Positions 37,012 to 48,165 are shown, counted from the stretch's first letter. The stretch: 64,000 nucleotides of DNA from an uncultured bacterium (GCA_947243845.1 CAMXIF010000010.1:39698-103697); one strand, 5' to 3'. The notes: generated by a model not told the origin, from the letters alone. Made by a program: numbers and translations.

Positions 37012-38343
37012 ATGAACTACAGGGAAGCCATGGATTATATAGAGCAGCTGAAGCCGCTTGGCAGTGTCATGGGAATCGAGACGATGCATGGCTTGTGTGA
37101 GCGTCTGGGTAATCCGCAGGATAAGCTTAAGTTTGTGCATATTGCCGGTACCAATGGCAAAGGATCCGTGCTCGCCTATATTTCCACGGTACTGCAGACA
37201 GCCGGCTATAAGGTGGGACGTTACATTTCACCTGCGGTATTGGATTATCGGGAGCGCTTTCAGGTGGATGGCAGGATGATCACCCAGTCAGGGCTTTGTA
37301 AGTATCTGGAGCCTGTAAAAGAGGCAGCAGACGCCATGGCCGAAGAAGGGGGAGCGCATCCCACGCTCTTTGAGGTGGAGACGGCAGTGGCCTTTCTGTA
37401 TTTTGTGGACAGGGGCTGTGATCTGGTGGTGTTGGAGACGGGACTTGGAGGTTCTCTTGACGCTACCAATGTGGTAAGAAACACGGTGGCGGCTGTTTTT
37501 TCATCTATTAGTATGGATCATATGGAGATTCTGGGGGATTCGCTGGAGCAAATAGCGTTGTCCAAGGCAGGAATAATCAAGAACAAGTGTTATGTAATAT
37601 CAGCCAAGCAGCCGCCGGAAGTTATGAAGGTTCTTCGGCAGGCAGCATTGCTTCGCAAGGCCAAGTTCTTTACGGCGGATGCGGGCAAGGTTAAGAACGT
37701 GAAAAGCGGTGTGGCTAAACAACATTTCAGTTACGATAAATATAAAAACCTGGAGATAGGCATGCAGGGACAGTTCCAGATTGAGAACGCAGTGGTGGCA
37801 GTGGAGACGATTATAATGCTGGGCCGCTGTGGTTATCCTGTGCCGGAAGATAAATTGCGCGAGGGTCTTATGCAGACGAAGTGGCCGGGGCGCTTCCAGG
37901 TAATCGGAAAGAAACCGTTATTTATTGCAGACGGCGCGCACAATGAAGACGCGTCTAAGAGGCTGGCAGAAAGCATCCGCTTTTATTATGCGGACAGAAA
38001 GATTATATATATCATGGGCATGCTGCGGGACAAGGAACACGATAAGGTCATTCGTAATACCTTTGAACTGGCACAGCATATTATCACGGTGACGCCGCCT
38101 ATTAAAGAACGAGCGTTATCAGCCTATGAACTGGCGCAGAAAGTCGGGGAATATCATGACAGTGTGACAGTGGCGGACAGTGTACAGGAGGCGGTGGAGA
38201 TTGCCTATCTTCTCGCAGGTGCGGACAAGGAGACGGTGATCATCGCTTTTGGTTCCCTATCTTATCTTGGGGAATTGATGAATATAGTGGAACATAGAGA
38301 TACGATCAGGAGAGACTCTCATGGTAGATCAGAACAAAATTAG
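37012..38343 (+). CDS. folC: Folylpolyglutamate synthase / dihydrofolate synthase
   Basis: [28 protein letters not shown] and DGAHN. Confidence 0.95.
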   Translation: MNYREAMDYIEQLKPLGSVMGIETMHGLCERLGNPQDKLKFVHIAGTNGKGSVLAYISTVLQTAGYKVGRYISPAVLDYRERFQVDGRMITQSGLCKYLEPVKEAADAMAEEGGAHPTLFEVETAVAFLYFVDRGCDLVVLETGLGGSLDATNVVRNTVAAVFSSISMDHMEILGDSLEQIALSKAGIIKNKCYVISAKQPPEVMKVLRQAALLRKAKFFTADAGKVKNVKSGVAKQHFSYDKYKNLEIGMQGQFQIENAVVAVETIIMLGRCGYPVPEDKLREGLMQTKWPGRFQVIGKKPLFIADGAHNEDASKRLAESIRFYYADRKIIYIMGMLRDKEHDKVIRNTFELAQHIITVTPPIKERALSAYELAQKVGEYHDSVTVADSVQEAVEIAYLLAGADKETVIIAFGSLSYLGELMNIVEHRDTIRRDSHGRSEQN

Positions 38344-38905
38344 AACGGCAGTGGAAATGCTGCTAGAAGGCATCGGAGAGGATGCAGCGAGGGAAGGCCT
38401 GCGGGAGACACCGGATCGGATAGCCCGCATGTACAGCGAAATTTTTGCGGGGATGGACGAGGATGCGGCAGAGCATCTGTCTAAGACATTTCCGGTTGCA
38501 AGCAATGAGATTGTGGTAGAGAAAGACATCACCTTTTATTCAATCTGTGAACATCATCTGATGCCTTTCTACGGTAAGGCACATATCGCTTATCTGCCGA
38601 ATGGCAGAGTGGTGGGACTCAGCAAATTGGCAAGGACGGTGGAAGTGTATGCAAGAAGGCCGCAGATTCAGGAGCAGATGACCATACAGATTGCCGATGC
38701 CATCATGGATCATCTGACGCCTCAGGGGGCTATGGTGATGCTGGAAGCGGAGCATATGTGTATGACCATGCGGGGAGTGAAGAAACCGGGGAGCAAAACG
38801 GCTACAGTTGCCGCCAGGGGGTGTTTCCGTGATGATCCGCAGTGGCAGAGATTATTCTTTGAATTGATTCGGAAGGATGCGAAATTTAATCAGGACTTAA
38901 TCTAG
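38321..38905 (+). CDS. folE: GTP cyclohydrolase I
   Basis: [29 protein letters not shown] and HMCMTMRG. Confidence 0.97.
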   Translation: MVDQNKIRTAVEMLLEGIGEDAAREGLRETPDRIARMYSEIFAGMDEDAAEHLSKTFPVASNEIVVEKDITFYSICEHHLMPFYGKAHIAYLPNGRVVGLSKLARTVEVYARRPQIQEQMTIQIADAIMDHLTPQGAMVMLEAEHMCMTMRGVKKPGSKTATVAARGCFRDDPQWQRLFFELIRKDAKFNQDLI

Positions 38906-38965
38906 GACTGAATTGAATCAGAAAAAATAACAATTTGAATCATTACGAAGGAAGGAGGAGCGCAA

Positions 38966-39784
38966 ATGAGGATTGGACAAAGGGATTTCAGGACAAAAGG
39001 CCATACTTATGTGATGGGGATTCTTAACATAACACCTGATTCTTTTTCTGACGGGGGCAAGTATATTGATCTCGATAAAGCATTAGCCCATGTGGAGGAA
39101 ATGATTAAGGAAGGTGCGGATATCGTGGATGTGGGGGGAGAGTCTACCAGACCCGGTTACACGATGGTTTCCGAGCAGGAAGAGATCGACAGAGTGGTGC
39201 CCGTGATTAAAGAAATCAAATCAAGATTTAATATACCGGTGTCGCTTGACACCTATAAGGCAGAGGTGGCGCGTGCCGGTATTGCTGCCGGAGCAGATAT
39301 GATCAATGATATCTGGGGGCTCAAATATGATGAAAAAATTGCGGAAGTGATTGCTCAGGCGCAGATTCCATGCTGCCTGACACACAACAGGAAAGAGCCG
39401 GTATATACGAAGCTGATAGAAGAGATTCTCTTTGATCTGGAAGCATCCCTGGAAATTGCCCACAAAGCCGGTATTGCGGACGGCAATATCATTATTGATC
39501 CAGGCGTGGGATTTGGTAAGAATTATGAGAACAATCTGGAAGTGATAGACCGGCTTCAGAATTTCCACTCCTTGGGGTATCCGCTGCTTTTAGGCGCAAG
39601 CCGCAAATCTGTGGTGGGTATGGGGCTTGATCTTCCGGTGACGGAGCGTGTGGAAGGTACCCTGGTGACCACGGTATATGGCGTGAAAAAGGGTGCGATG
39701 TTTGTCCGTGTACATGATGTGAAGGAGAATGTGCGGGCAGTTAAGATGACAGAGGCGATCAGGGACGGCTATAAACATGGATGA
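38966..39784 (+). CDS. folP: Dihydropteroate synthase
   Basis: MGILNITPDSFSDGG, DVGGESTRPG, DPGVGFGK, GASRKS and RVHDV. Confidence 0.97.
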   Translation: MRIGQRDFRTKGHTYVMGILNITPDSFSDGGKYIDLDKALAHVEEMIKEGADIVDVGGESTRPGYTMVSEQEEIDRVVPVIKEIKSRFNIPVSLDTYKAEVARAGIAAGADMINDIWGLKYDEKIAEVIAQAQIPCCLTHNRKEPVYTKLIEEILFDLEASLEIAHKAGIADGNIIIDPGVGFGKNYENNLEVIDRLQNFHSLGYPLLLGASRKSVVGMGLDLPVTERVEGTLVTTVYGVKKGAMFVRVHDVKENVRAVKMTEAIRDGYKHG

Positions 39785-40631
39785 AATAATTATTGAAGAC
39801 CTCCAGATATACGCTCATCATGGCGTGTATCCGAAGGAGAATGAAATAGGACAGAATTTCTATGTCAGTGCCAGGCTGGAGACGGACACCAGAAGGGCAG
39901 GTGTGATGGATGATTTGAGCCTGTCCACAAACTATGGGGATGTCTGTCGGTTTCTACATACATTTCTGACAGAACATACCTATAAACTGATTGAGACGGC
40001 GGCGGAGCGGGCGGCAGAAGCGCTTCTTTTGACTTTTCCCCATATCAGGAGGGTTACTTTGGAAGTCAAAAAACCGGAGGCGCCGATTCCCCTTCCTTTT
40101 GGTTCCGTATCGGTCAGGATATGCAGGGGATGGCGGCGGGCCTATATCGCCTGCGGTTCCAATATGGGAGAGCGGGTACAATATTTAAACGCGGCAGTGG
40201 AAGCTTTTCGGGCGGATCGTAAATGTAACGTGGTACGCATCTCAGAATGGATGGAGACGACAGCTTACGGCGGTGTGGAACAGGACGATTTTATAAACGG
40301 TGCGATTGCGCTTGATACGATCTATACACCGGAGGAACTGTTGGAGAAGATTCATGTGATCGAGAAGGAGCAGGGACGGGAAAGACTGGTACATTGGGGT
40401 CCCCGTACACTGGATCTGGACATCCTTCTCTATGAAGATTGTGTGATGGATACAGAGGAATTGACGATTCCCCACAAAGATATGAAGAACCGTGACTTTG
40501 TACTGAAACCGCTTGCCCAGATTGCGCCCTATGAGAGACATCCCATCTTTGGGAAATCTGTCCTGCAGATGTATGAGGACGTAAAACAAGACGGAGAGGA
40601 ACACGTCAAAAAAAGTAAATTTACTTCGTAA
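39777..40631 (+). CDS. folK: Fused dihydroneopterin aldolase (FolB) + HPPK (FolK)
   Basis: N-terminal AHHGV..E..GQ, NYGDV, KLIET and KPEAP (FolB); C-terminal GSNMG, FINGA, WGPRTLDLDIL and IPH (FolK). Confidence 0.93.
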   Translation: MDEIIIEDLQIYAHHGVYPKENEIGQNFYVSARLETDTRRAGVMDDLSLSTNYGDVCRFLHTFLTEHTYKLIETAAERAAEALLLTFPHIRRVTLEVKKPEAPIPLPFGSVSVRICRGWRRAYIACGSNMGERVQYLNAAVEAFRADRKCNVVRISEWMETTAYGGVEQDDFINGAIALDTIYTPEELLEKIHVIEKEQGRERLVHWGPRTLDLDILLYEDCVMDTEELTIPHKDMKNRDFVLKPLAQIAPYERHPIFGKSVLQMYEDVKQDGEEHVKKSKFTS

Positions 40632-40665
40632 ATTAACTTTGCGAGATCTGCTACGCAGACTCGGA
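40613..40665 (+). repeat. Two-hairpin REP/MITE-like element, copy 3, overlapping the folK 3' end
   Basis: AATTTAC-ttc-GTAAATT then GCGAGATCTGC-tac-GCAGACTCGGA. A 21-bp part (40620-40640) is directly repeated at 40682-40702. Confidence 0.8.
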
Positions 40666-40708
40666 CAAGCAGAAGGATTGGTTTACTTCGTAAATTAACT
40701 TTTTTTAC

Positions 40709-40742
40709 TAAAAAAGAGGGCTGGCACCGGGCGGTGTCAGCC
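40709..40742 (-). terminator. Terminator for the DUF5050 gene
   Basis: GGCTGGCACC-gggc-GGTGTCAGCC hairpin. The A-run at 40709-40715 reads as the U-tract on the minus strand. Confidence 0.55.
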
Positions 40743-41780
40743 TATATTTTCGATAGCAGCCTGTTTGGCGGCATCAAATGTAGTCACATTGACAGGACCG
40801 AAAGTACTCGTCTTGTAGACAGGGACTGATTCGTTAAAGCCGTTAAAGTAAACATAGCTGGAGGTGATGTTGATGTTCTGGAACACACCTTCACGCACGA
40901 CTTCCTGGGCGGAACCATCAACGACCATTCGTTTGAGGGCGGGTGCATCTGCGGAACTGACCTGATAATAGATATAACTGCCGTAGACATTGAACATGTC
41001 GATACGGTCGTTGGTCAGTACTTCCACCACATTTCCGGATAAAGAATAGCGGCACAGACGGTAGTTTTCCGAAACATCCATATAATAGACATAACCGTCC
41101 TGGACGATAGGATTCCAGATATTGCCCTGCCATATGACGGAGTCTTTGTCGGTGGAAGTATCGAGGGCGTGGAGATAATGATCTTTATCGGTGCCCTGAT
41201 AATAAATCTTACCGTTCACATAGCAGTTTGGGTTAATGATTTCGTTTGCAACGGTCTGCTTTTCTTTCTTGTTGATCATGATCTTATCCAGAGAAGTTCC
41301 GGCGTTATTGTCATATTTTTCATAATAGAGATAGTTGCCGCACAGCTGCATGCTGACGATGTGGCATCTGTCCAGATTGACCACTGATTTACCCTTCAGA
41401 TTGCTTCTGTAGATACCGGAAGTCTTCATCATGTATCCCAGACCATCTCCGCCGGATGTGCTGGAACCGCTGGTCATGGCAAAGTACAGATATTTACCTG
41501 CGGCATTGATGGAGGAAACAGGACTGCTGTTCAGCTTCTTGATATCTGTCTCATCGGGATTCATGGAATAGAGAGCATTGTTGTCATATGCGTTGGCGAA
41601 GTATACCCGCCCGTCCAGTTCACAGAAGAATCCGCCATTGTTGAGATTCCCGGCAGTATTGCCGCTGGTATTTTCATCATTCAAGGTAATTCTGCCGCTC
41701 AGTGTGGCAAGCAGTAATAGCAGAATAAGTATAACGCATGTTATTGAGATGATCAGGATGTTCTTGCGTGTACTAGTCAT
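40737..41780 (-). CDS. DUF5050-like beta-propeller protein with an N-terminal membrane anchor
   Basis: N-terminal TM, GNLNNGG..C..DGRVYFAN, and repeated G.YLYF / YIYY strands. Confidence 0.75.
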   Translation of the reverse strand: MTSTRKNILIISITCVILILLLLLATLSGRITLNDENTSGNTAGNLNNGGFFCELDGRVYFANAYDNNALYSMNPDETDIKKLNSSPVSSINAAGKYLYFAMTSGSSTSGGDGLGYMMKTSGIYRSNLKGKSVVNLDRCHIVSMQLCGNYLYYEKYDNNAGTSLDKIMINKKEKQTVANEIINPNCYVNGKIYYQGTDKDHYLHALDTSTDKDSVIWQGNIWNPIVQDGYVYYMDVSENYRLCRYSLSGNVVEVLTNDRIDMFNVYGSYIYYQVSSADAPALKRMVVDGSAQEVVREGVFQNINITSSYVYFNGFNESVPVYKTSTFGPVNVTTFDAAKQAAIENIG

Positions 41781-41810
41781 TTCTCTCTCCCCCTACTGAC
41801 TGATACCTCT

Positions 41811-41839
41811 ATTATATCTATAATCTTGCTTGCTATCAA
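41811..41839 (-). promoter_or_regulatory. Promoter of the DUF5050 gene
   Basis: On the minus strand, TTGATA, 17-bp spacer, TATAAT. Confidence 0.7.
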
Positions 41840-41920
41840 GGGGGATTTGGGGTAAACTGTTGTTAAGTTTATGGTGAAGAGTTGACCGGATTACAGATGA
41901 GTTTAGGAGAGGCAGAAGAC

Positions 41921-43048
41921 ATGGATTTACTGACATTACGCGGACAGCTGGATGAGATTGATGAGCAGATTGTGAAGCTTTATGAGGAGCGCATGGAAAT
42001 CTCATCTCAGGTAGCTGATTATAAAATAGAGACCGGTAAGAAGGTGTTTGACAAGACCAGGGAGCAGGAAAAGCTGCAGAAGGTGAAGTCCCTGACGCAC
42101 AATGATTTCAATGCATATGGAGTGCAGGAACTTTTTGAGCAGATCATGTCCATGAGCCGTAAGCTGCAGTACAATAAGTTGGCAGAGGCAGGCGCCCTTG
42201 GCAGACTGCCGTTTATCGGCGTTGACAGTCTGGATGTCGGGAAGGCCAGGGTAGTCTTTCAGGGGGCGGAGGGATCTTATTCCCAGATGGCGATGATACA
42301 GTATTTTGGCGAAGCGGTCAACGCATTTCATGTGGATACATTCCGGGATGCTATGTGCGCGATTGAAGATGGCAGCGCTGACTTTGCAGTGCTTCCCATA
42401 GAAAATTCCACAGCCGGAATCGTCAATGAAATTTATGACCTTCTGGTAGAGTTTGAGAATTATATTGTAGGAGAGCAGATCATTAAGATTGAACACTGCC
42501 TGATGAGTGTGCCGGGTGCGGATATTGCCGGGATTGAAAGGGTCTATTCCCATCCCCAGTCCCTGATGCAGAGCGCAAGATATCTGAGCGGGCATGAGAA
42601 CTGGCAGCAGATCAGTATACAGAACAATGCTTTTGCGGCGAGAAAGGTCAGTGAGGATCAGGATGCCACACAGGCTGCCATAGCCAGCGAACAGGCGGCG
42701 AAGATTTATGGACTGGAGATTTTAAAGCGGGGCGTCAACCAGTCAGAAACAAATTCCACCCGCTTTATCATCGTTACCAATCAGAAAATATTCTTAAAAG
42801 AGGCAGGAAAGATCAGCATATGTCTGGAAGTACCCCATGAGAGCGGTTCTTTATATCACATGCTGTCGCATTTTATCTATAACAATCTGAATATGACCAA
42901 GATTGAGAGCCGTCCCATTGAGGACAGAAACTGGGAATACAGGTTTTTTATTGATTTTGAGGGAAATCTGGCGGACGGTGCGGTTAAGAATACGCTGCGG
43001 GGACTTCGGGAAGAGGCACGCAATATGAAGATTCTGGGAAATTACTGA
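41921..43048 (+). CDS. pheA: Bifunctional chorismate mutase / prephenate dehydratase
   Basis: LRGQLDEIDEQIV (CM_2), QGAEGSYS, PIENST, SHPQ, NSTRF, GSLY..L, NMTKIESRP and ILGNY. Confidence 0.93.
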   Translation: MDLLTLRGQLDEIDEQIVKLYEERMEISSQVADYKIETGKKVFDKTREQEKLQKVKSLTHNDFNAYGVQELFEQIMSMSRKLQYNKLAEAGALGRLPFIGVDSLDVGKARVVFQGAEGSYSQMAMIQYFGEAVNAFHVDTFRDAMCAIEDGSADFAVLPIENSTAGIVNEIYDLLVEFENYIVGEQIIKIEHCLMSVPGADIAGIERVYSHPQSLMQSARYLSGHENWQQISIQNNAFAARKVSEDQDATQAAIASEQAAKIYGLEILKRGVNQSETNSTRFIIVTNQKIFLKEAGKISICLEVPHESGSLYHMLSHFIYNNLNMTKIESRPIEDRNWEYRFFIDFEGNLADGAVKNTLRGLREEARNMKILGNY

Positions 43049-43067
43049 TACGGAGAGGCATAAGACA

Positions 43068-44357
43068 ATGAGAGAAGAAGAATTGGTTATTTACAGGGAG
43101 TTTGCGGACAGTGCGATCCTGAAGGATATGGTATGGCTGATGGAGCATTACCGGGCAGGGGACGGCAGGGCGAGGCCGCTTCTCTACGAGTGCATGCACG
43201 GCCTGTTAAAGACAGCGGCGGATCACGGTTTTTACGGGAATCTCTGGCATTGTTATCTGACAAATCTACTGGTCAATAATGAGAACAGCTATAGTATGGC
43301 CTGTGAGATCAGAGGCGAGGTGGAGGGCAGCATCAATGAACTGGTTCTGCACGATATCACCATATTTAAAGAATTTTATGATTATAATTTCCTGGAGATG
43401 ATGGAAATCCTAAAGGCGCCGGAGTTTGCGGTCATCTTATCTTATGAGAAGCCGTCTCATGCGGGAAAGGTCTATAATAAACGTATCCGCGACAGAATCT
43501 GTACGCTGGCGAAGCAGTTTGTGGAGAATGAGGATGCCCGCGCCATGAAGGCTACGCTTACCCAGTTCTATCGGGAGTACGGTGTGGGTAATATGGGACT
43601 GCACAAGGCTTTCCGGGTAGCACATACCGATGAGGGAGCAAAGATCGTACCGATTCTGAACATTGCCCATGTGCATCTGGATGACTTGGTGGGATATGAG
43701 ATTCCCAAGAAAAAACTGATCGATAATACAGAGGCCTTTGTATCGGGCAGACGAGCCAATAACTGTCTGCTCTTCGGAGATGCCGGGACGGGAAAATCCT
43801 CCTGCGTAAAGGCCATTGCCAATGAGTATTATGACAGAGGGCTTCGAATCATTGAACTGTACAAGCACCAGTTTCAGGACTTGAACAGCGTGATATCCCA
43901 AGTGAAGAATCGGAATTATAAATTCATTATCTACATGGACGATTTGAGTTTCGAGGATTTTGAGATTGAATATAAATATCTGAAGGCTGTCATCGAGGGC
44001 GGCCTTGAGAAAAAACCTGCCAATGTACTGATCTATGCCACATCCAACAGACGGCATCTGATCCGGGAGAATTACAGTGACAAGGCAGACCGCAGGGAAG
44101 AGGACATGCATGCGGGAGATACGGTGCAGGAGAAGTTGTCCTTAGTCTATCGGTTCGGGGTGTCTATTTTCTTCTGCGCACCGGATAAAAAGCAGTTCCA
44201 GCAGATTGTCAAGGTGCTGGCAGACAGAAACGGTGTGAACATGGATGAGGAGACACTGTACCTGGAGGCCAATAAGTGGGAACTTGCCCACGGAGGACTC
44301 TCCGGCAGGACGGCACAGCAGTTTATCGATTATCTGCTGGGACAGAAGGCAGAGTAA
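43068..44357 (+). CDS. DUF815-family AAA+ ATPase with an N-terminal extension
   Basis: ANNCLLFGDAGTGKSS, YMDDLSFE, YATSNRRHL and SGRTAQQF. Confidence 0.85.
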   Translation: MREEELVIYREFADSAILKDMVWLMEHYRAGDGRARPLLYECMHGLLKTAADHGFYGNLWHCYLTNLLVNNENSYSMACEIRGEVEGSINELVLHDITIFKEFYDYNFLEMMEILKAPEFAVILSYEKPSHAGKVYNKRIRDRICTLAKQFVENEDARAMKATLTQFYREYGVGNMGLHKAFRVAHTDEGAKIVPILNIAHVHLDDLVGYEIPKKKLIDNTEAFVSGRRANNCLLFGDAGTGKSSCVKAIANEYYDRGLRIIELYKHQFQDLNSVISQVKNRNYKFIIYMDDLSFEDFEIEYKYLKAVIEGGLEKKPANVLIYATSNRRHLIRENYSDKADRREEDMHAGDTVQEKLSLVYRFGVSIFFCAPDKKQFQQIVKVLADRNGVNMDEETLYLEANKWELAHGGLSGRTAQQFIDYLLGQKAE

Positions 44358-44392
44358 AACGCGGCAGACTATATAGGGAAGAGGGGATTCAT

Positions 44393-45916
44393 ATGAAAAC
44401 ATTTGCGGCCATTGATGTGGGCTCCTACGAACTGGCGATGAAGATTTTCGAGATATCTTCCAAGAGCGGAATCCGGGAGATCGATCATATCAGGCATCGT
44501 ATTGATCTGGGGTCGGATACCTTTGCCACCGGTAAGATCAGCTATGAGCGGGTGGATGAACTGTGCAGGGTACTGCGGGATTATGCGGCCATCATGAAAG
44601 GATACCGGGTGGAGGATTACAGGGCATACGGTACCAGTGCCATTCGGGAGACGGAGAACACGGCGATTGTCTTGGATCAGATCGCTCAGAGGACAGGAAT
44701 CCGGATTGAGGTTTTGAGCAATTCTGAGCAGCGGTTTCTAAATTACAAATCCATTGCTTCCAAAGGTGACGCCTTTAACAAGATTATAGAGAAGGGGACG
44801 GCCATAGTCGATATTGGCGGCGGCAGTATCCAGATATCTTTGTTTGATAAGGATACGCTGGTAACTACGCAGAATATGAGGCTTGGTGTTTTAAGGCTGC
44901 AGGATCAGATCGGGCGGTTGAATATCCGGCCCGGTCAGTATGACGAGATTCTGGATGAAATGGTCAGTTCCCAGCTGGCAGTGTTTAAGAAACTGTATCT
45001 GAAAGACAGACAGATCGACAATATCATTGTGGTGGATGATTATATCTCGGAAATTGTGGGTAAGAATGTGCTTGGTCTGGAGCAGAGCAATATCGAAGCG
45101 CCTGCCGTGGAGGTGTTCCTGGAGCGGATCAAGAACAAATCCACACAGGAGGCGGCGCATGCGCTGGACATGCCGGAGGAAAATATCCCGCTTCTGTTTA
45201 TTGCCTGCGTGCTGGTCAATCGAATCGCCAAAGTGATGGATGCCAAGATGATCTGGGCGCCGGGTGTGACGCTCTGCGATGGTATGGCATATGAATATGG
45301 CGAGAAAAATAAGATCATCAGAGAAAATCATGACTTTGAGCAGGATATCATCGCCTGTGCACAGAATATCAGCAAACGTTACATGGGCAGCAGGCGCAGG
45401 AGCGAGACACTGGAAAAGATAGCGCTAACCATCTTTGACAGTATGAATAAGGTGCATGGATTGGGGAAGAGAGAGCGGCTGCTTCTGCGGATTGCTACAC
45501 TTTTGCATGATTGCGGTAAGTACATAAGTCTGGTGAATCTGGGCGAATGTTCTTATAATATCATCATGTCCACGGAGATTATCGGACTTTCCCATATAGA
45601 GCGGGAGATTGTGGCCAATGTGGTAAAATACAATCATATGGATTTCGAGTACAGCGAGGTGGTAGGAAGCAGGGCTATCGATAAGGCCGCTTATCTGACG
45701 ATTGCCAAGTTGACGGCGATTTTGAAGATTGCCAATGGTCTGGACCGCAGTCATAAGCAGAAATTTAAAAACGTGAAGACAGCCTTGAAGGATGAAAAAC
45801 TTGTCATCACGGTGGATGCCTCAGTGGATATCACGTTGGAGAAGGGACTGTTTACAAAGCGGGCGGAGTTCTTTGAAGAAGTATTTAGCGTGAAACCGAT
45901 TATAAAACAGCGTTAG
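44393..45916 (+). CDS. ppx: Exopolyphosphatase Ppx/GppA family with HD domain
   Basis: AAIDVGSY, GTSAIRE, DIGGGS and LLHDCGK; adjacent to ppk1. Confidence 0.88.
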   Translation: MKTFAAIDVGSYELAMKIFEISSKSGIREIDHIRHRIDLGSDTFATGKISYERVDELCRVLRDYAAIMKGYRVEDYRAYGTSAIRETENTAIVLDQIAQRTGIRIEVLSNSEQRFLNYKSIASKGDAFNKIIEKGTAIVDIGGGSIQISLFDKDTLVTTQNMRLGVLRLQDQIGRLNIRPGQYDEILDEMVSSQLAVFKKLYLKDRQIDNIIVVDDYISEIVGKNVLGLEQSNIEAPAVEVFLERIKNKSTQEAAHALDMPEENIPLLFIACVLVNRIAKVMDAKMIWAPGVTLCDGMAYEYGEKNKIIRENHDFEQDIIACAQNISKRYMGSRRRSETLEKIALTIFDSMNKVHGLGKRERLLLRIATLLHDCGKYISLVNLGECSYNIIMSTEIIGLSHIEREIVANVVKYNHMDFEYSEVVGSRAIDKAAYLTIAKLTAILKIANGLDRSHKQKFKNVKTALKDEKLVITVDASVDITLEKGLFTKRAEFFEEVFSVKPIIKQR

Positions 45917-45971
45917 GACGCAGCGTTGACAGCCTGTGTTCCAAGAATATATAGAAGGAGGCCATAGGGGG

Positions 45972-48101
45972 ATGGCGGAAGTAAAAGATTTTTCCAGAGA
46001 TGAATATTACAGCAACCGGGAATTGAGCTGGCTATTGTTTAATAAGAGAGTTCTGGCGGAAGCGAAGGATAAGCAGATGCCTTTGTTTGAAAGATTAAAG
46101 TTTCTTGGCATCACAGCATCCAATCTGGATGAGTTCTTTATGGTGCGGGTGGCATCTTTAAAAGATATGGTGAATGCCGGTTATAAGAAACGGGATATCG
46201 CAGGAATGACTACGGAAGAACAGCTTGTGAGGGTGAATGAGGAGACACATAAGCTGGTGGCACAGCAGTATAATACCTATAACAGGTCTCTTTTGCCGCA
46301 GCTTTTGGAAAACGGTCTGCATCTGATCAATCATCATGAGGATTTGAAAAGAGAGGAAGCCGCTTATGTGGATCACTATTTTGCTGAGAGTGTATACCCG
46401 GTACTCACACCCATGGCGGTGGATTCCTCCAGACCATTTCCACTAATCCGCAATAAATCCCTGAATCTGGGTGCTCTTGTCACGAAGAAAAATGGCGTGG
46501 GAGAGTTGGAGTTTGCCACCGTGCAGGTGCCAAGCGTTCTCTCAAGGATCGTGACGATCCCTTCTGAGGAGGGTGTCAAACTGATTTTGCTGGAAGAGGT
46601 GATTGAGCGCAACATTCATAAACTGTTCTTAAATTATGATATTGTCTGCACCTATCCTTTCCGGATCATGAGAAATGCGGATCTGACGATCGAGGAGGAA
46701 GAGGCGGAGGATCTGCTGCAGGAGATTGAGAAACAGCTGAAAAAGAGACAGTGGGGTCAGGTAATCCGTCTGGAAGTGGAAGAGGGAATTGACAGCAGAC
46801 TTTTGAAACTGATCAGGGAAGAACTTATGATTCCGAAAGAAGATATCTATGCCATCAACGGCCCTTTGGATCTGACTTTCCTGATGAAGATGTATGATCT
46901 GGACGGCTTTGATCACTTGAAAGAGCACAGTTACTTAAAGCCCCAGCCGGTGCCGGAACTGCCGGAGGATGCAGATGTGTTTGCAAAAATCCGGGAAGGG
47001 GATATCCTGATGCATCATCCTTACCAGACTTTTGAGCCTGTGGTGCGTTTTATCAGACAGGCGGCAAAAGATCCCGAAGTACTGGCTATCAAGCAGACAT
47101 TGTACCGTGTCAGCGGTAATTCCCCGATCATAGCTGCGCTGGAGCAGGCAGCGGAGAATGGCAAACAGGTGTCGGTGCTGGTGGAATTAAAAGCCAGGTT
47201 TGACGAGGAGAACAATATTGTCTGGGCCAGAAAACTGGAAAAAGCGGGCTGTCATGTCATCTATGGACTGGTGGGGCTTAAGACGCACAGCAAGATTACC
47301 CTGGTGGTCAGAAGAGAAGAGAATGGCATCCGGCGGTATGTGCATCTGGGCACCGGCAACTATAATGATTCTACGGCGAAACTGTATACGGATGTGGGAT
47401 TGTTCACCTGTTCGGAGGCCATCGGAGAGGATGCAACAGCCGTGTTTAATATGCTCTCCGGCTATTCAGAGCCGAGAAGCTGGAATAAGCTGTCCCTGGC
47501 GCCATACTGGCTGAAGGATAGATTTATATATCTGATCGGCAGGGAGCGTGACCATGCCTTGGAAGGGCGGCCTGCCAGAATCATTGCCAAGATGAATTCT
47601 CTGTGTGATAAGAGTGTGATTGAAGCGCTCTATGCGGCCAGCACTGCCGGAGTAAAGATTGACTTGATCATTCGGGGAATCTGCTGCCTTAGGACAGGAA
47701 TCAAGGGTGTCAGTGAAAATATCACAGTGCGCTCTATTGTGGGTAATTATCTGGAACATGCCAGAATCTTTTATTTTGAAAACGATGGCAAACCGGAATA
47801 TTATTGTGCCAGTGCGGACTGGATGCCGAGGAACCTGGACCGCCGTGTGGAGATTCTGTTCCCCATAGAGAAGGCGCCTTTACAGGAAAAACTCTGGCAT
47901 ATTCTGGAGTGCCAGCTTAAAGATACGGTGAAGGCATCTATTTTGCAGCCGGACGGCAGTTATGAAAAGATAGACAAGCGGGGGAAGGAAGTGTTTAACG
48001 CCCAGCTCAACTTCTGTAAAGAGGCGAAATCTGTGTCTAAAGAAGAGTCAGAGACTGCCCATAAACGTATATTTATTCCTAAGATGCATCATAATGATTG
48101 A
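45972..48101 (+). CDS. ppk1: Polyphosphate kinase 1
   Basis: NRELSWL, SNLDEFFMVRV, HHPY, ELKARFDE, LKTHSK, GTGNYN and SADWMPRNLDRRVE. Confidence 0.97.
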   Translation: MAEVKDFSRDEYYSNRELSWLLFNKRVLAEAKDKQMPLFERLKFLGITASNLDEFFMVRVASLKDMVNAGYKKRDIAGMTTEEQLVRVNEETHKLVAQQYNTYNRSLLPQLLENGLHLINHHEDLKREEAAYVDHYFAESVYPVLTPMAVDSSRPFPLIRNKSLNLGALVTKKNGVGELEFATVQVPSVLSRIVTIPSEEGVKLILLEEVIERNIHKLFLNYDIVCTYPFRIMRNADLTIEEEEAEDLLQEIEKQLKKRQWGQVIRLEVEEGIDSRLLKLIREELMIPKEDIYAINGPLDLTFLMKMYDLDGFDHLKEHSYLKPQPVPELPEDADVFAKIREGDILMHHPYQTFEPVVRFIRQAAKDPEVLAIKQTLYRVSGNSPIIAALEQAAENGKQVSVLVELKARFDEENNIVWARKLEKAGCHVIYGLVGLKTHSKITLVVRREENGIRRYVHLGTGNYNDSTAKLYTDVGLFTCSEAIGEDATAVFNMLSGYSEPRSWNKLSLAPYWLKDRFIYLIGRERDHALEGRPARIIAKMNSLCDKSVIEALYAASTAGVKIDLIIRGICCLRTGIKGVSENITVRSIVGNYLEHARIFYFENDGKPEYYCASADWMPRNLDRRVEILFPIEKAPLQEKLWHILECQLKDTVKASILQPDGSYEKIDKRGKEVFNAQLNFCKEAKSVSKEESETAHKRIFIPKMHHND

Positions 48102-48165
48102 GTGCAGGGAGAAGTGGAAGAGGCAGGGCGTAAGAGCGCGGTATACTGCACATATGGAGGTTAAC

